DNA of 64,000 bases from Asterias rubens (GCF_902459465.1 NC_047076.1:2852001-2916000); one strand, 5' to 3'; positions 46,011-59,177 are shown, counted from the stretch's first letter. The notes: generated by a model not told the origin, from the letters alone. Numbers and translations: made by a program.

Positions 46011-48273
46011 CGCTGTGTGCAACAGCAGCCATTATTGTTCATCATTTTATTTCCAAACAAACCTTTTTTGTTCATGGAACTTTGCGTATAGGGCTATTAC
46101 TCAATATCAATCATGTAGTTGGTTTTCACGTGTGTTTGGTTGGATATACTACTTTGGAGAGAAAAAAAACCAAATTGAATGTAACTGTTTCCGCAACATA
46201 AAGTGTCAAACAAACGCATAGTCACCCAAACTGACCGAGTTTTTCACCTTTTAATTAAAGGGAAATTATATTATTGCTGTTTGTTTTTAGAAAATGGATT
46301 CGTTGACACGGTATTATGATCAGTATTAGTCTAATCAGCCTGATGTCAGCCTTGACTACCGAGAAAAACGAGGGCAAGTGATGACGATTTCAAACTTTCA
46401 AGTAGGTCACGTTGAATAAACACCCTCAAACGATGGTTAACCGTCACTTCAAAGTTGACTCCCAACAAGGCAAGCGTGACAGCAGTAGCTGCATGTTCGC
46501 ACCGCCAGAGGGTTCAATACCTGGATGCATGTTGTCATGTATGTTCGCATTTTTATGGAAGTGTATTGTGGCTATAAAATATGGACGATGTGGATTGCAT
46601 GGTTTTAATATTCAATTTACAGTTAACACGACGGGATTTGACTCAGTTATTTGTAGATCATATTACACTGGCTGCAGCCATATTTTGTGCCAAACAATGG
46701 AAACGTGAACGCGCTGTGCGCGACTCTCAGCTAATGGTAGCTAGTTGGGCGGGGGGGGGGCGCTGTTTTGGGGCTGTGACGTCATATTAGGGAGTAAAAG
46801 GTAGCCTATTGTACATTGTTTTAAGAAAACATTAACTTGGGAGTCGGAAGTATGACCTTCAGCCTGATAGGGGTTCTGATTCTTATCATTAGCGAAAGAA
46901 CCTACGTCCGGAACTAAACAAATCACACGTTAGCAGTCAGACGTGCTCGAGAGAGCATTGGCAATGTATAGAGCGCCCTCGAGCGGTGAATGTCTCTGTC
47001 AAAACATCTTTACCGATTCTGTAATAATTGAAACAGTCATCGCACTTTTTCGAAGCAATGAATTACGTTAGGGAGCACTGCCGATAAAGTAGATTATGTT
47101 CTCAATGCTGAAAGTGACAACTCAATTTGTAATTGTGTGCAGGCCTATAGATGTCCTTTTTTTTTAGTTTAAAAATAAGCCTATACGTGGGTCGATACAA
47201 CACTTCCAGGAATAATTGTGAGGAAGTGATTAAACAAAAGTGCAAGTGGTCTTCATTTCGTTCGAAATAAGTAAAATTTTGCCCTATAAGGTTGTACGTT
47301 TTTAGTTAAAAATAGGACTTTATGTGGGTCGACACTCTTCAGTTCTAGGAATAATAAATTTAAGGCAGTGGTAACCAAATGCGTTTCATAGTGTAATCAG
47401 ATGACAACAGTAAACAAACAAGCCTAGCATCTCTTGTTCGAGAAGATGCCGCGTTCGAATTGCACACAATATTCATGTACATCAGCTGTCAAAATATAAA
47501 TGCACAAAGGGGTATTTTTGTCGTCCAAGATAAGATAAGATAATCATCCTCCTTTAGGGAAGGTGTGCATCCGGAGTTAAAAGAGTACACGAACCTTTTT
47601 TATGTAATTTCCTACCCCTATTAGGATTTTGACACTTTGCATGCCACCGCAACTGATAGATATGGCCTCTTTCAAATAAAAACAATAACAACAACACTTG
47701 ATTTTGACAGCTGGTGGGGGCATATCAAACAGTTAGCGCTATAAAGGACTTTTTGGTAACAAGAAAATGAAAGGCCGCCAGAGACAAATGGAACCGTTAT
47801 CTTGAAAAGACAGGTTGAACGTCAGGCTTGGTGTGACTGGCAGACATGAAGGGCGCCATCAATGTTGTTTTACCCCTAAGGAAGGTTAGCGTTTCAATTA
47901 ATCTAAGTGCAGCTCTCGAGGAAAACTGTTTTGGGAATCGTTCGATTGTTTTAATCGTATATACAAAAAAAGTATACACTAAAAGTAACATCTGAAAGTA
48001 AAGTTTTCAAAGCATGCTCACGTTTTTTTTTTGATCGCCTGATGAATTCCGGAGCGATATTATTATGTCCACTCGGCGGGTCCTTCACACAATCTGAGAA
48101 GCGTTACTGACAATAACGCTTCTCAGAATCAAATTTGCATAATCACATTACTTCGAAATGAAATGTTTCTCCAACAATATAAATTACACTATCGAACGCT
48201 GTACTAAACAGTTTGTATATCCATAAAGGTATCTAAATTTGCAAGTTCCTCATTACACTGTTTGATTATTTAA

Positions 48274-48623
48274 AGCCGTTTGACACTTTCGGTAAACAGT
48301 ATTGTCCGAGGCCTACACTTCGTGTATCACAACTTTTATATAAAATAACAAACCTTTGAAAATTTAGGCTCAATCGTTCATCGGAGTCGGGAAAAAATAA
48401 CGGGAAAACACGTTTCCGCACGTTTCGCCGTGTCATGACATGTGTTTAAAATAAATCCGTATTTCTCGATATCGAGAATTGATATTGTCTCAAAAAGTAA
48501 AGCATTTTATTGAATAATATTTCAAGAGAAGTCTTTCACCATTACCTTCTGTCAACCCTGTTAGTTATTTGTATATCTGTGAACTTGTTTTTTGTTTTTC
48601 TGTTCCGAAAGTGTCCAATGGCT
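48274..48623 (+). mobile_element. Kolobok-like MITE family B
   Basis: TTAA flanks at 48270-48273 and 48624-48627. Confidence 0.85.
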
Positions 48624-48736
48624 TTAAGTAAAACAAAGTAAAAAATCATGTTGTCTTTATATGGTTCAATCATCCATGGTTCAATCATGGAGGTAGGTCA
48701 CGTTTGTAACCAGATTCCAATAGGCGATCGTTCAGG

Positions 48737-48818
48737 CTTCCTCAGTCCCTCATCTATATAGAAACAATGTCTTATAGACTTCCTCAGTCCCTCATCTATA
48801 TAGAAACAATGTCTTATA
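48737..48818. repeat. Perfect 40-bp direct repeat (42-bp period)
   Basis: cttcctcagtccctcatctatatagaaacaatgtcttata at 48737 and 48779. Confidence 0.9.
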
Positions 48819-49099
48819 AAACGTTTCAATGCCAGTCTGCTATTTACGATTATTAATTGGAACTGCTGCTGGACGCGGCGTGCTTCGTGACGATTTATTT
48901 AGCACACGAACGACTGTTACAAATCTAACCGGACCCTGATAGGCACGCTTTCCAACGACCCACAACGCTCCCTTTCAGATGCAAAATGTACATAATATAC
49001 AATGCACTGACCCGCAAAGTAAATTTGAAAAGATGTTCACTGTTTTCACACCTGACGTCATTCATTGTGCTTACTGTGTGTGACGTGCAACCTGTATGG

Positions 49100-49660
49100 G
49101 ACTCATCGTCAAGAAGCCATAACTGTGCAGGGGGTTTACTTTAATACGGCCCACTCCATCATCAAGAAACTCACTGACTGTGTCTTCTCTGAGGACGGGA
49201 TGATGAAAGACGGTGATTGATACCACTCAAGAAATCATATGGGGACATTATTTGTGAAAGCTGATTTATCTATGATCAAATTCATAGGATCGATTGACGT
49301 ACCGGTACGCCAGTTGGGTGTTAAAGCTGGAGGGTCTTTGGGGTGAAGAACATTGGAGATTGCTACCGATTGAGAAATCACCATTACTATATCCACTTAC
49401 TCTAGAAAGCTGATTTATCTAGGATCAAACCCACAATTGGATCGTACGCCAGTATTGGGTATTGAATATGTGACCCGAAATACCTTATCTTAAGACTCGA
49501 AGCTGGATGTCGTTTTAAGAAAACTGGGTGACATTGGTGACTGACCCCTCAAGAAACTTAATTTGGTGATGTGCATCGATCTGATTTACCTCACAGCTAG
49601 GAGCGGACGCACGTATTGAATGTGGGGTTGACCCGAAATACCTACACGTCGAGTCACTAG
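49100..49660. repeat. Highly degenerate tandem repeat, about 170-180-bp period
   Basis: Recurrent tcaagaaa, aaagctgatttatcta, gtacgccag and gacccgaaatacct blocks. Confidence 0.45.
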
Positions 49661-51100
49661 AAACGATCGATCTACAATACAATAGTCAAGACGAACGCTG
49701 ATCGCAGCTGATATAAAGTGATTGTCAGTAGGGGTCAAACATATTGTCAAACTTTTACCTGACCTCGTGCTTTGTTTTTGTTTAGACTTTATTTATCGGC
49801 AGTGTATCTGGAAAGCCTTCACACGAATTTAACACTCAAGGTTTTCAACTTGGTTCTACGACTGTTTTGGAAGCGAATTCGGCCGTCAGGTGTTACTTGT
49901 AGCCACACACGAAGACGTCTTCAAGAACACTGAGCCCGGAAGGTGACCGTATAAGAAATGAGATAGGAACATGAATTAATCGTATATCATTATATCTATG
50001 AGGGAACTCGAAACTGTTGATTTCAACTGTAAGAATACCGACGAATAGGATTACAAGAAACCACTCATCAAACAGTCGTATACTCAAATTGAATTTCAAG
50101 TTCAGTGTCACGTCCTACCGACGACTAGGATTACAAGAAACCACAATACCACAACCATAATACACTTCGCGTGATAGAGGAACTATAGTTTGATGACAAA
50201 CGGTACATCCGGTCTTAAGTTATCCGCTATAATTCCTGTCCTCAAACCCAACCATAACTTAATATTGCATGCTGTACAAAATTAGTTGGTGTCACCTACC
50301 TGTAGCATTATAGCCACCTGTGTATGATGTCAGTTGTCACATAGTTGTAAAAGGTCATCTTTTAAAATAAAGGCAGGAGTCAGTGCTGATCTACCAGGAC
50401 ACAATACAATAATTCGGAAATGGTTTGACAGTAATGCAGCCTTGTTCTTGAAGTATATAACTATAGCCAGCGCACACCTGTTGACATTAATAATGACATG
50501 ATCAATCGATCGACTCCTTTGTTATTGAACAACAATCGCTCTCAGCAGATAGGTGTTCAACGCAACTGTTAAATGTTCGCCAAACAGCCAATCGAAACAG
50601 CAAAAGTAATCTTGAACATTATTGTCTGACTTTGAGGTCAAAAGAACAAGGCTGCGATCGATACAACCTGTACTTTCAATTTCACTTTCACCAATTCATT
50701 CATTCATAGCTCACACTCAGACCGTTGAGGCACTGCTTGTCAGCTACCACCACCCGTGACATCACTGGTCGTGTACCACCCCGACTATCTGCCGGAAACG
50801 CAAGTAAGAAGCAGTCAGATATTATGAGTACGACTGTGTAACTTTACTGTGCATTAGTTGTATTCGTAAGCTCGTCATATTGTGCAAAGGTCTGTGGAGC
50901 AGTTATTATGGCTTTTGTTTACCTGCATTGAATTTCAAGGACCGGCATTCTGTGCAGTCTGTGCGGAAAGTGTCTAATGCTTGCAGAGCTATTGGCTACC
51001 TATTCGGACGGTCCCGGTGAGTGATTTTTGTAACAGAACATTTTGAACACTGCGTTTGGACTTTAAGTTGTATCATTCTCACACAAACTTGAAATTGACC

Positions 51101-52249
51101 ATGGAGTTTGATAGCTACGATAGCTTCAACTCCTCGGAGGTGGACAATTCCACGGACATTCCTTTCGAATTCAGCGACTACACCCAGAGAGTGGTGGTCG
51201 CCACGATGTTCCTGACCGCCTCCCTAGTCGGTACCCTGGGCAACGCTCTGGTGATACTCGCCGTACTGTTGTCCAAAAAGCTCCGGACAGCGACCAACGC
51301 GTTCGTGGTGAATCTAAGCTTAGCGGACTTGCTGACCTCGCTGGTGATCGTGTGGGACGCTGTGGCCCTGCTGGGCAAGGATGGATTCCCCGTCTCGGAA
51401 TGGGTGTGCAAGGTGGTCGCCATTATCCAGTCCACAACTGTTGGTTGTAGCATGTACATGTTGGCTTCTATTGGATTGAACCGGCTACTGCTGATCACGC
51501 GAGCCGCTACAACGTACAGGGTTCTCTACACGCCTAAAAAGATCGCCATGTGGTTAATATTCACCTGGATGATCCCTCTATCGATAACCCTCCTACCCCC
51601 TGTTTTCGATGTGGGTGCGGTTGGGTACAACCCCAAATACCACACCTGTGGGTCCATCTCATCTCACCCCTTATCCAACTACTACGATCTCATCGTGGCC
51701 GGTGGGTTATACCCCATCCCACTCGTCACAATCATCGTCTGCTACGTCCTCTTGTGGCAGCACCTTAATCGCCATGCCAAGAGGATGATCACCTCCCCCC
51801 AAGCTTCCGTGGATTCCACAGCCAACAACCTGTCCATCGTCTCTAAGGATGTAGATGCCGTCAACAACCACTATCCACAGTCACCGAGGCACAGCACGGG
51901 GACCGTCCGGACCAACGCCACCATAAGCCGTAACCGTATGAGCCGACGTCAGTACGAGATCACCAAGAACATGTTCTATGTCTTGTGTGCCTTCATGCTT
52001 TGTCTAACTCCCTACGCCATTTGCCTGTTCTTCGACGACAGCGATCCGGCGATACCATATGCCGCCGCCATTTTGTTTATCAACAGCTGTATAAATCCCG
52101 TTATTTATGCAGTTAAGCACCCGCATTTTAAGACTGTATTCGGCTGCATCTTCCGTCGCCAGTGGGACCACATCCCTGAGCCCTCGGACACACTCAAGAG
52201 GCTAATAAGGGGAGGAAACTGTTGTGGGAGAAGTGCTTTTTACGCATGA
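51101..52249 (+). CDS. Class A 7TM GPCR, Tre1/Moody/GPR84-like, paralog 3 (382 aa, intronless CDS)
   Basis: ATG in gaccATGg context at 51101 (the ORF-track start at 51056 is TTG); GTLGNALVILAV, NLSLADLL, GLNRLLL, CLTPY, NSCINPVIYAVKHPHF. Confidence 0.92.
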   Translation: MEFDSYDSFNSSEVDNSTDIPFEFSDYTQRVVVATMFLTASLVGTLGNALVILAVLLSKKLRTATNAFVVNLSLADLLTSLVIVWDAVALLGKDGFPVSEWVCKVVAIIQSTTVGCSMYMLASIGLNRLLLITRAATTYRVLYTPKKIAMWLIFTWMIPLSITLLPPVFDVGAVGYNPKYHTCGSISSHPLSNYYDLIVAGGLYPIPLVTIIVCYVLLWQHLNRHAKRMITSPQASVDSTANNLSIVSKDVDAVNNHYPQSPRHSTGTVRTNATISRNRMSRRQYEITKNMFYVLCAFMLCLTPYAICLFFDDSDPAIPYAAAILFINSCINPVIYAVKHPHFKTVFGCIFRRQWDHIPEPSDTLKRLIRGGNCCGRSAFYA

Positions 52250-52364
52250 GAATTCTGAAACACCTGCCTTATCTTATGGAACTTTTGCGATGCTACGTCT
52301 CAAGTTTAATTAGACTCGCCGCCAGTCACCTATAATGTCATTTAAACAGTGGTTTCCAAAATGG

Positions 52365-52720
52365 TGGGCGTTGCCTTAGGCTCAGCCCGGGCAAGAGCTA
52401 GAGGTAAAGAGGTGCGGTGGTTTAAAGATGATAATTTTTAACACAACATGTTTTAAGCAAACGAGCAATTATCAGTAGTTTTTAAAATATTGTCGGCGTT
52501 GCCTTAAGCCTCAGCCGGGGTTTTAAAGATAATAGCTTTTATCCCAACACTTTTAAGCAAACGAATTGTTATCAGTGGTTTGTAAATGGTGGGCGTTTCC
52601 GAATTCCTTAGCCTCAGCCCGGGCCAGAGGTAAAGCAAACGTTTTGGAAGAGGCACTGTGCTTTGATGACAATATTAATAAAAGTAGTTTTTAATACTTA
52701 ATTTGTTAAGCAAACGAACA
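52365..52720. repeat. Degenerate ~120-bp tandem repeat downstream of GPCR paralog 3
   Basis: ccttag(g)c(c)tcagcc(c)ggg and ttttaagcaaacga recur three times. Confidence 0.55.
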
Positions 52721-53187
52721 ATTATTCAAACGATTTTGGAAGAGAAACTACGTTGTGATGATGTCGATACAAAATAGTGACTGCTGTATACCATGTAAAG
52801 TAGAGGCAAAATGTGTAAACTGCCAAAGATGAAAAAAATAAGCAGGATTGAAAAATTAACTGGAGCTTGTGTCAAGAGACATGTATTGATTTAAATATAA
52901 TACATTATTGGCTTTTGAAAGAGTATATAAATTCGTATTCTCGAATGAATACACCACATGACAAACGTATGCAAATTTATTCAATTAAGGTTGCTTGTAT
53001 CCAGACCGAGGCTGAATTGGTTATAGTCTGGCTCCATTCCATAATGTTTCAGTCAGTATTCATTTCTGTTGTTGCATACATGGAAAGCGATAAACATGAC
53101 TGCTGCCCTCTTGATTATTACAATGTGCCACTCACAGTATTAGGCCATGTTCGAATTAGCAGCTACATCTACGGCTATGGCTAGTGT

Positions 53188-53562
53188 CATTGGCACTGGA
53201 CACTATTGGTAATTGTCAAAGACTAGCCTTCAGAGTTGGTGTATCTCAACATAAGCATAACAAACCTGTGAAAATTTGAGCTCAATCGGTCATCGAACTT
53301 GCGAGATAATAATGAAAGGAAAAAACACCCTAGTCACACGAAGTTGTTTGCGTTTAGATGGTTGATTTCGAGACCTCAAGTTCTAAATCTGAGGTCTCGA
53401 AATCAAATTCGTGGAAAATTACGTCTTTCTCTAAAACTATGGCACTTCAGAGAGAGCTTTTTCTCACAATGTTTTATACCATCAAGCTCTCCCCATTACT
53501 CGTTACCAAGTAAGATTTTATGCCAATATTTATTTTGAGTAATTAACAATAGCGTCCACTGT
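53188..53562 (+). mobile_element. Kolobok-like MITE family A
   Basis: Homologous to 827-1212; termini eroded. Confidence 0.75.
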
Positions 53563-53794
53563 TAAGAAGAACTGTCGAAAGCCTCAAATTCGTGCACGGT
53601 GGTCTTAGGGCCTTGTCAAACTGGGCATCTTTTCCAGGCAATTTGGAGGCAACCAATTGTGTGCATGCCACATGCTCACTTTCATAATTATACCACATGA
53701 GTATTTTTTTCTTACGATCCCTTAGGGAAATTATGTGAACATTCAAATGTGAATGCCTTTTCTTCATTATTGCAAGAGAAATAGCTTTATTTAA

Positions 53795-54175
53795 AGGAAC
53801 ACGTTGCCTTGGATCGGTCGAGTTGGTCTTTGAAAAGCGTATGTAACCAATTGTTATAGAATGCATATGATTAGAAAGATATTTTAAAAGTAGAATAAAA
53901 TGATCCACACAAGTATCACTCGAAAGTGCGTGGTTTTCCTTTTATCTCGTCGACAAACACGGTCGGCCATTTATGGGAGTCAAAATTTTGACTCCCATAA
54001 ATGGCTGACCGTGTTAGTTCGCAAAGTAAAAGGAAAACCACGCAATTTCGAGGCAAATGTGTGTGGATCATTGTATCTACGTTTTAAACATCTTTCTAAC
54101 CATATGTATTTTATAACAAACGGTTACAAACGCTTTTCAAAGACCAACTCGACTGATCCAAGGCAACGTGTTCCT
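53795..54175. mobile_element. Fold-back MITE family D
   Basis: Near-perfect hairpin centred on atgggagtcaaaattttgactcccat (~53985). Confidence 0.85.
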
Positions 54176-55844
54176 GTAATACACGCTGACCCGAGCATTA
54201 TTCATTTTTAAATAAATTTAAAATAGTTCATTCAATAATTTTGAGCAACGGGAACTTTATCATTCAAAAGTGGATGCCATTGCATGGACCGATGCCATGG
54301 GCAGGCCATTTTTGAAACCACGGCCTGTACTGACTTCGCGTGTGGTTTCGAAAATGGCCACTTCCACCCAATTGAAAATGGTGCCCGATTGAAAACATTG
54401 TAGGGAAGCAATGACACACGTGTGCTATGTTATTTTGGCTGGTTACATAACTCTGGCAAGGACAATTTGATTTTGCTTTTTTCTGCTGAGACAGCGCTAT
54501 GCAATTGCCCCCTGGCTATAGCAACTGTCCAAAAATGCTATTTCTCACCCAGACTATAACATGTTTTTAATGATTTTATTTTGCGATCTGACGATCGTGC
54601 CTAAGAACATTCAGCTCAGTTAATTGTATTAACTCAAATAAACAAGTTCTAAACGCTTAATTTGTCAATTTTACTTCTCTTTCAAAAGGGGAAAATATTT
54701 TCCTTTTTTAATTTTGAAAATATTAGCAAACAAAATGTTCGCTCTCACGATAGCATATAGGACTTATCGAGGGATTTTTGTAAAAACTGGTTTAACCCAC
54801 ATACTCGAATCTAATTTATACATCCATTATTTTGAAGGAGCATTTAATATTATAAATCAGCGACACAGTAAAACAAATGATAACGTTGCCATAACCTGGT
54901 TTGTGTGGGTCTTTTCTTTTCTCTTTTGCATGCATCAGCTAGGCTTTATTTGTAGTAAAATCTTAATTTAGAAATCAACCCCTGAGTAATTTAGGATATG
55001 TAAAGCGAAATAATACCTCCATGTATCTGGGGAAATCACCAGACCTTCCCCGGAAATTAATGAACTTCAATTTGTCGTTAAAGTAAAGACTTTGGCCCCA
55101 GACAGAGTTGAACCTTTTACTCTTCTTATCTAAAAACGAGGAAGTATGAGCTTTCAAAACCTGATATATTTAACTCCTAGTAGACTATTGGTCTTTTTTG
55201 TTTCTCATATGGCTATTCTCGTTAAAACAACAAAGAATAACAACTTAATTTTCACTTAATACAAACCAAAGGTGAATAATTTGTTTGGTGTGGGCGTCAC
55301 ATTCCACCAAAAACAATAAATTAAAAGGGTGACAAACACTTCCGTTTTGTTCGTTCTTGGAGTGCATCCAACGTTTACTGTCTGACAAAAGTTTGCATAA
55401 AGTGACACTATTAGCAACTAAATAAGATTGACATGGCATAAATTTAGACGAATTATGGACTGGATTCTATTGATCACTGTTTCTCTAGTGTGGTTCTCTT
55501 TTGACAGATTACGATTGAGTATTAGTTATTGCTGTTGAATGATAAGGGAACACGGAATTGAACTGAATCTGAGAAGTGTTACCGCGTGATACGCTTCTCC
55601 GATTGTGTATTCCTATCCTGTATTCGTGGACATTATTCGCTCCGGATTTTCGGCAATATTCTTGACCATCTGCTGAATTGAAATTTACAGATGCTAGTTT
55701 TATTGTGTATTATATCTACATTTAATAATTGACTAAAACAATCGAACGGTTAAAACAACCAAAATGTACACTTGCCCTTTAACAAGGGTCATGTGAACCA
55801 TTTATTCCCTCTCCTGTTTAGATTAAATGATTCAAACTACTTAA

Positions 55845-56209
55845 AGACACTGGACACCTTTGGTAATATTGTCAAAGGCCAGTGCACTTCGTGTATCTCA
55901 ACATATGCACAAAATAACTCAATTGGTCGTCGAAGTTTGCGAGATAACAATGGAAGAAGAAAAAAAACACCTTTGTCACACGAAGTTGTGTGCTTTCAGA
56001 TGCTTGATTTCGAGACTTCACGTGTGAGTTCTCGAAATCAATTCGAATATTTTACTGAAAAATTACTTCTTTCTCAAAAACTACGTTACTTCAGAGGGAG
56101 CTGTTTCTCACAATGTTTTATACATGCCAACAGCTCTCCATTGCTCGTTACCAAGTAAGTTTTTATGCTAACAATTATTTTGAGTAATTACCAATAGTGT
56201 CCAGTGCCT
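55845..56209 (+). mobile_element. Kolobok-like MITE family A
   Basis: TTAA flanks at 55841-55844 and 56210-56213. Confidence 0.82.
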
Positions 56210-56949
56210 TTAAGCTAAAATGTAAAGAAAACAATATAATGTCTGTATTGAGGATTGAGGATTAGTATAATTGTATCCATGAAACTGATAGTATGAAACT
56301 AAAACCACCCTAATTTCTTGTTGGTGTGCAACCAAATCGTTCATCTCCACTTTCTGTTTCATTCTGGAAAACTTCATGTTTATTTCTTTCCCGGTCCGTC
56401 TTCCGATCACATGCATGGTGTTGGTGTTATAACCACGCGGGTGGAAAATCCCCCAAGTCTACACACCCCAAATAAATCCTCGTGCATTCCATCAATTTGT
56501 ATAATCAAAACACCTTTCCGTTCGGGGTTCCGTCGGCAAGGTCGTGAAGCCATTGTGTGAAAAGCTTAGGGATTCCATTGGCTCTAATCTTTTATAGCAA
56601 AACATTGTTATCATTTTTATCTGCCCTCTTGTTTTCACTCCGACTATGTACCGTAGTACAACCATTGATGGAGCAGGTACAACCGAATAGAGACGTGCAT
56701 TGACCTTGTGTTCTTTGTGTACAAAACATTAACCTCCTACATTCCGTGGCTTTTCATGGTAGGCAAGATAATACACTGGTCTTCAATTGGAAATGGGAAT
56801 GTTTTCATTGTGTTATTTAAATAAAGAGTTATACAAGTATCAGCTGAACATTTTTTTTTTCAAATGTGCACTCTTTTTCATCAAAGAATGCTGAAAATCA
56901 GACGCAGTGCAGTCACAAGATACACCTGTACGATTTATAATAATTTTAA

Positions 56950-57627
56950 AGACACTGGGCCCAATTTCATAGAGCTGCTTAAGCAAAAAATTTGCTTAAG
57001 CACGAAAATAGCTTGCTTATTTTACACATGTTACTGGCAAAAATTTCATGCCATGTATATTAATTGTGACTAATATTTAGCTGTTGTTTACTTAACATAA
57101 CAATTGAGTGGAGTCTTAGCCGCTAATCTGCTTTTACAAAGCAAAGATTTGTTTGCTTAAGCAAAGATTTGTTTGCTTAAGCAAAGATTTGTTTGCTTAA
57201 GCAAACATTTTTGCTTAAGCAGCTCTATGAAATTGGGCCCTGGACACTATTGGTAATTGTAAACGACTAGCCTTCACACTTGGTGTATCTCAACACATTC
57301 ATAAAATATTAACAAACTTGTGAAAATTTTAGCTCTATCGTTCTTCAAAGTTTCGAGATACCAATGAAAGAAAAAACACCCTTGTCGCATCATGGTCCCA
57401 CGAAGTTGTGTGCTTTCAGATGCTTGATTTCGAGACCTCAAATTCTAAATCTAAAGTCTCTAAATCAAATTTGTTGAAAAATTACTTCTTTCTCGACAAC
57501 TACGTCACCTATGAAGAGGGAGCTGTTTCTCACAATGTGTTATACTATCAACCTCTCCCCATTACTCATTATCAAAAAAGGTTTTATGATAATAAATATT
57601 TTGAGTAAACAATAGTGTCCACTGCAT
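56950..57627 (+). mobile_element. Kolobok-like MITE family A, interrupted in its left TIR by a family E element
   Basis: TTAA|AGACA-CTG [insertion] CTG-GACACTATTGGTAATTG; removing the insertion and one CTG restores the family A terminus. Confidence 0.85.
56958..57239. mobile_element. Harbinger-like MITE family E with perfect CTG target-site duplication
   Basis: TIR GGCCCAATTTCATAGAGCTGCTTAAGCA...TGCTTAAGCAGCTCTATGAAATTGGGCC; TSD CTG at 56955-56957 and 57240-57242; internal 20-bp unit gcaaagatttgtttgcttaa three times (57141-57200). Confidence 0.88.
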
Positions 57628-58031
57628 TTAAGTTGTGTATACATTGGTATCTTTGATTATTGAACTGTCAATATAGGATTATACAATTTGTGATTCTGAG
57701 ATGGACAGTGTGGGTATTAAAAGTCATCAAATCATTGTCACAACAGCTCGCGGCGTTCGGATGGTTGTGACTGACTCATTAAAAAGGGAGCAAATATTTA
57801 TCTGGACAGCTTTCCCGGCTGGCATGGCCTCAATTTGGCTGCGTCTACAAGTGAGGTGTGTGACAGCATGGTCCATAATCATAACATTATTATTATTATT
57901 ATTTGTTGCGATGTTTATGTTTGTGGCTCTTCTTGGCCTGGTTTCATAGTTCACCCATGGAGGTAGAAATATATCTCACCCAACTAAATCTTACGAATGC
58001 GTCGCTCACTTCTGTAAATGAAATCCATTAA

Positions 58032-58408
58032 AGCCATTATACACTTTCGGAACAGAAAAAAAAAATCAAAAACAAAAAAAAATCACAGATTTACAAATAA
58101 CTTACAGGGTTTACAGAAGGTAATGATGAAAGACTTCTCTTGAAATGTTACTCAATGAAATGCTTTACTTTTTGAGAAAACATTAAAACAATATCAATTC
58201 TCGATAGCGAGAATTACGGATTTATTTTAAACACATGCCATGACACGGCGAAACGTGCGGAAACAAGGGTGGGTTTTTCCGTTTTTTTCTCCCAACTCCG
58301 ATGACCGATTGAGCCTAAATTTGACAGGTTTGTTATTTTATATATAAGTTGTGATACACGAAGTGTGGGCCTTTGGACAATACTGTTTACCGAAAGTGTC
58401 CAATGGCT
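58032..58408 (-). mobile_element. Kolobok-like MITE family B
   Basis: TTAA flanks at 58028-58031 and 58409-58412. Confidence 0.85.
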
Positions 58409-58902
58409 TTAAAGTAATTAAACAATATTTGAATAATAAGTATATAGGCTATCATTGTTTACATTACTGTCATATCTTTGTAGCTTGCGAATACTCCATT
58501 TGAATAATTTTTCACTGTCATATAAATTCAAGAGGTGGCCTGTGAACTTTTATTGTAATTATGGAAATGAAAATGTTTTTGTGAATAAGCGGAACTGCCC
58601 TGAATAAGATGTGTATATTGCGTGGGTCATTAAGGAAGTCCAGTCAGATTCTGGTCTTGTTATGATGGACACAAGGACGAGGTCATAAACGCCAACCAGT
58701 CCCCTGGTCAGCCAGTGTTGACACATAAAACAGCACGTAAAACGTCACAAGCGCCATCTTTAAAAAATACATCGCAGTTGCAGCTTGTGGTGTACTCCAT
58801 AAAATAGAGAGTAAACAGGCACTCAACATACCCTAGTACCTTAGACAGATTTGAGACCCCCAATAATGTAAAAGGGATACAGTGTACACATTTTGTGACC
58901 TG

Positions 58903-59177
58903 GGCCCAATTTCATAGCGCTGCTTAACGGTAAGCAAATTTGCGTGCTTACTGTAGCAGGAAAATTTGCTTGAGCCTTAGCGTATTTCACAGGTTAGCAG
59001 AAAAATTGGGCGGCCATTTTGCGTGTTTACCGTGGATTTGCATTGTGACGTCATTTTTTTTCGTGCGGTAAGCACCGGAAGGTTAGCATGCATTTTCGTG
59101 TGCTTAGCAGCGCTATGAAATAGAAATTTCACAGTAAGCACAAAATCGGCCGCTAAGCAGCGCTATGAAATTGGGCC
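58903..59177. mobile_element. Harbinger-like MITE family E
   Basis: ctg|GGCCCAATTTCATAGCGCTGCTTA...TAAGCAGCGCTATGAAATTGGGCC|caa. Confidence 0.8.

Noticed and set aside
51056-51100. N-terminal extensions from ORF-track starts at 51056 and 6814
   Set aside because: Both are TTG codons; eukaryotic initiation is more plausible at the downstream ATGs.
37978-52249. The three GPCRs as receptors for the neighbouring bursicon-like hormones
   Set aside because: Bursicon/glycoprotein-hormone receptors are LGRs with large leucine-rich ectodomains; these receptors have N-termini of only about 25-35 aa.
57701-57954. Overlapping ORFs on both strands, one with a hydrophobic tail
   Set aside because: The hydrophobic/Asn run comes from a (tta)n microsatellite; no recognisable domain or convincing splice sites.
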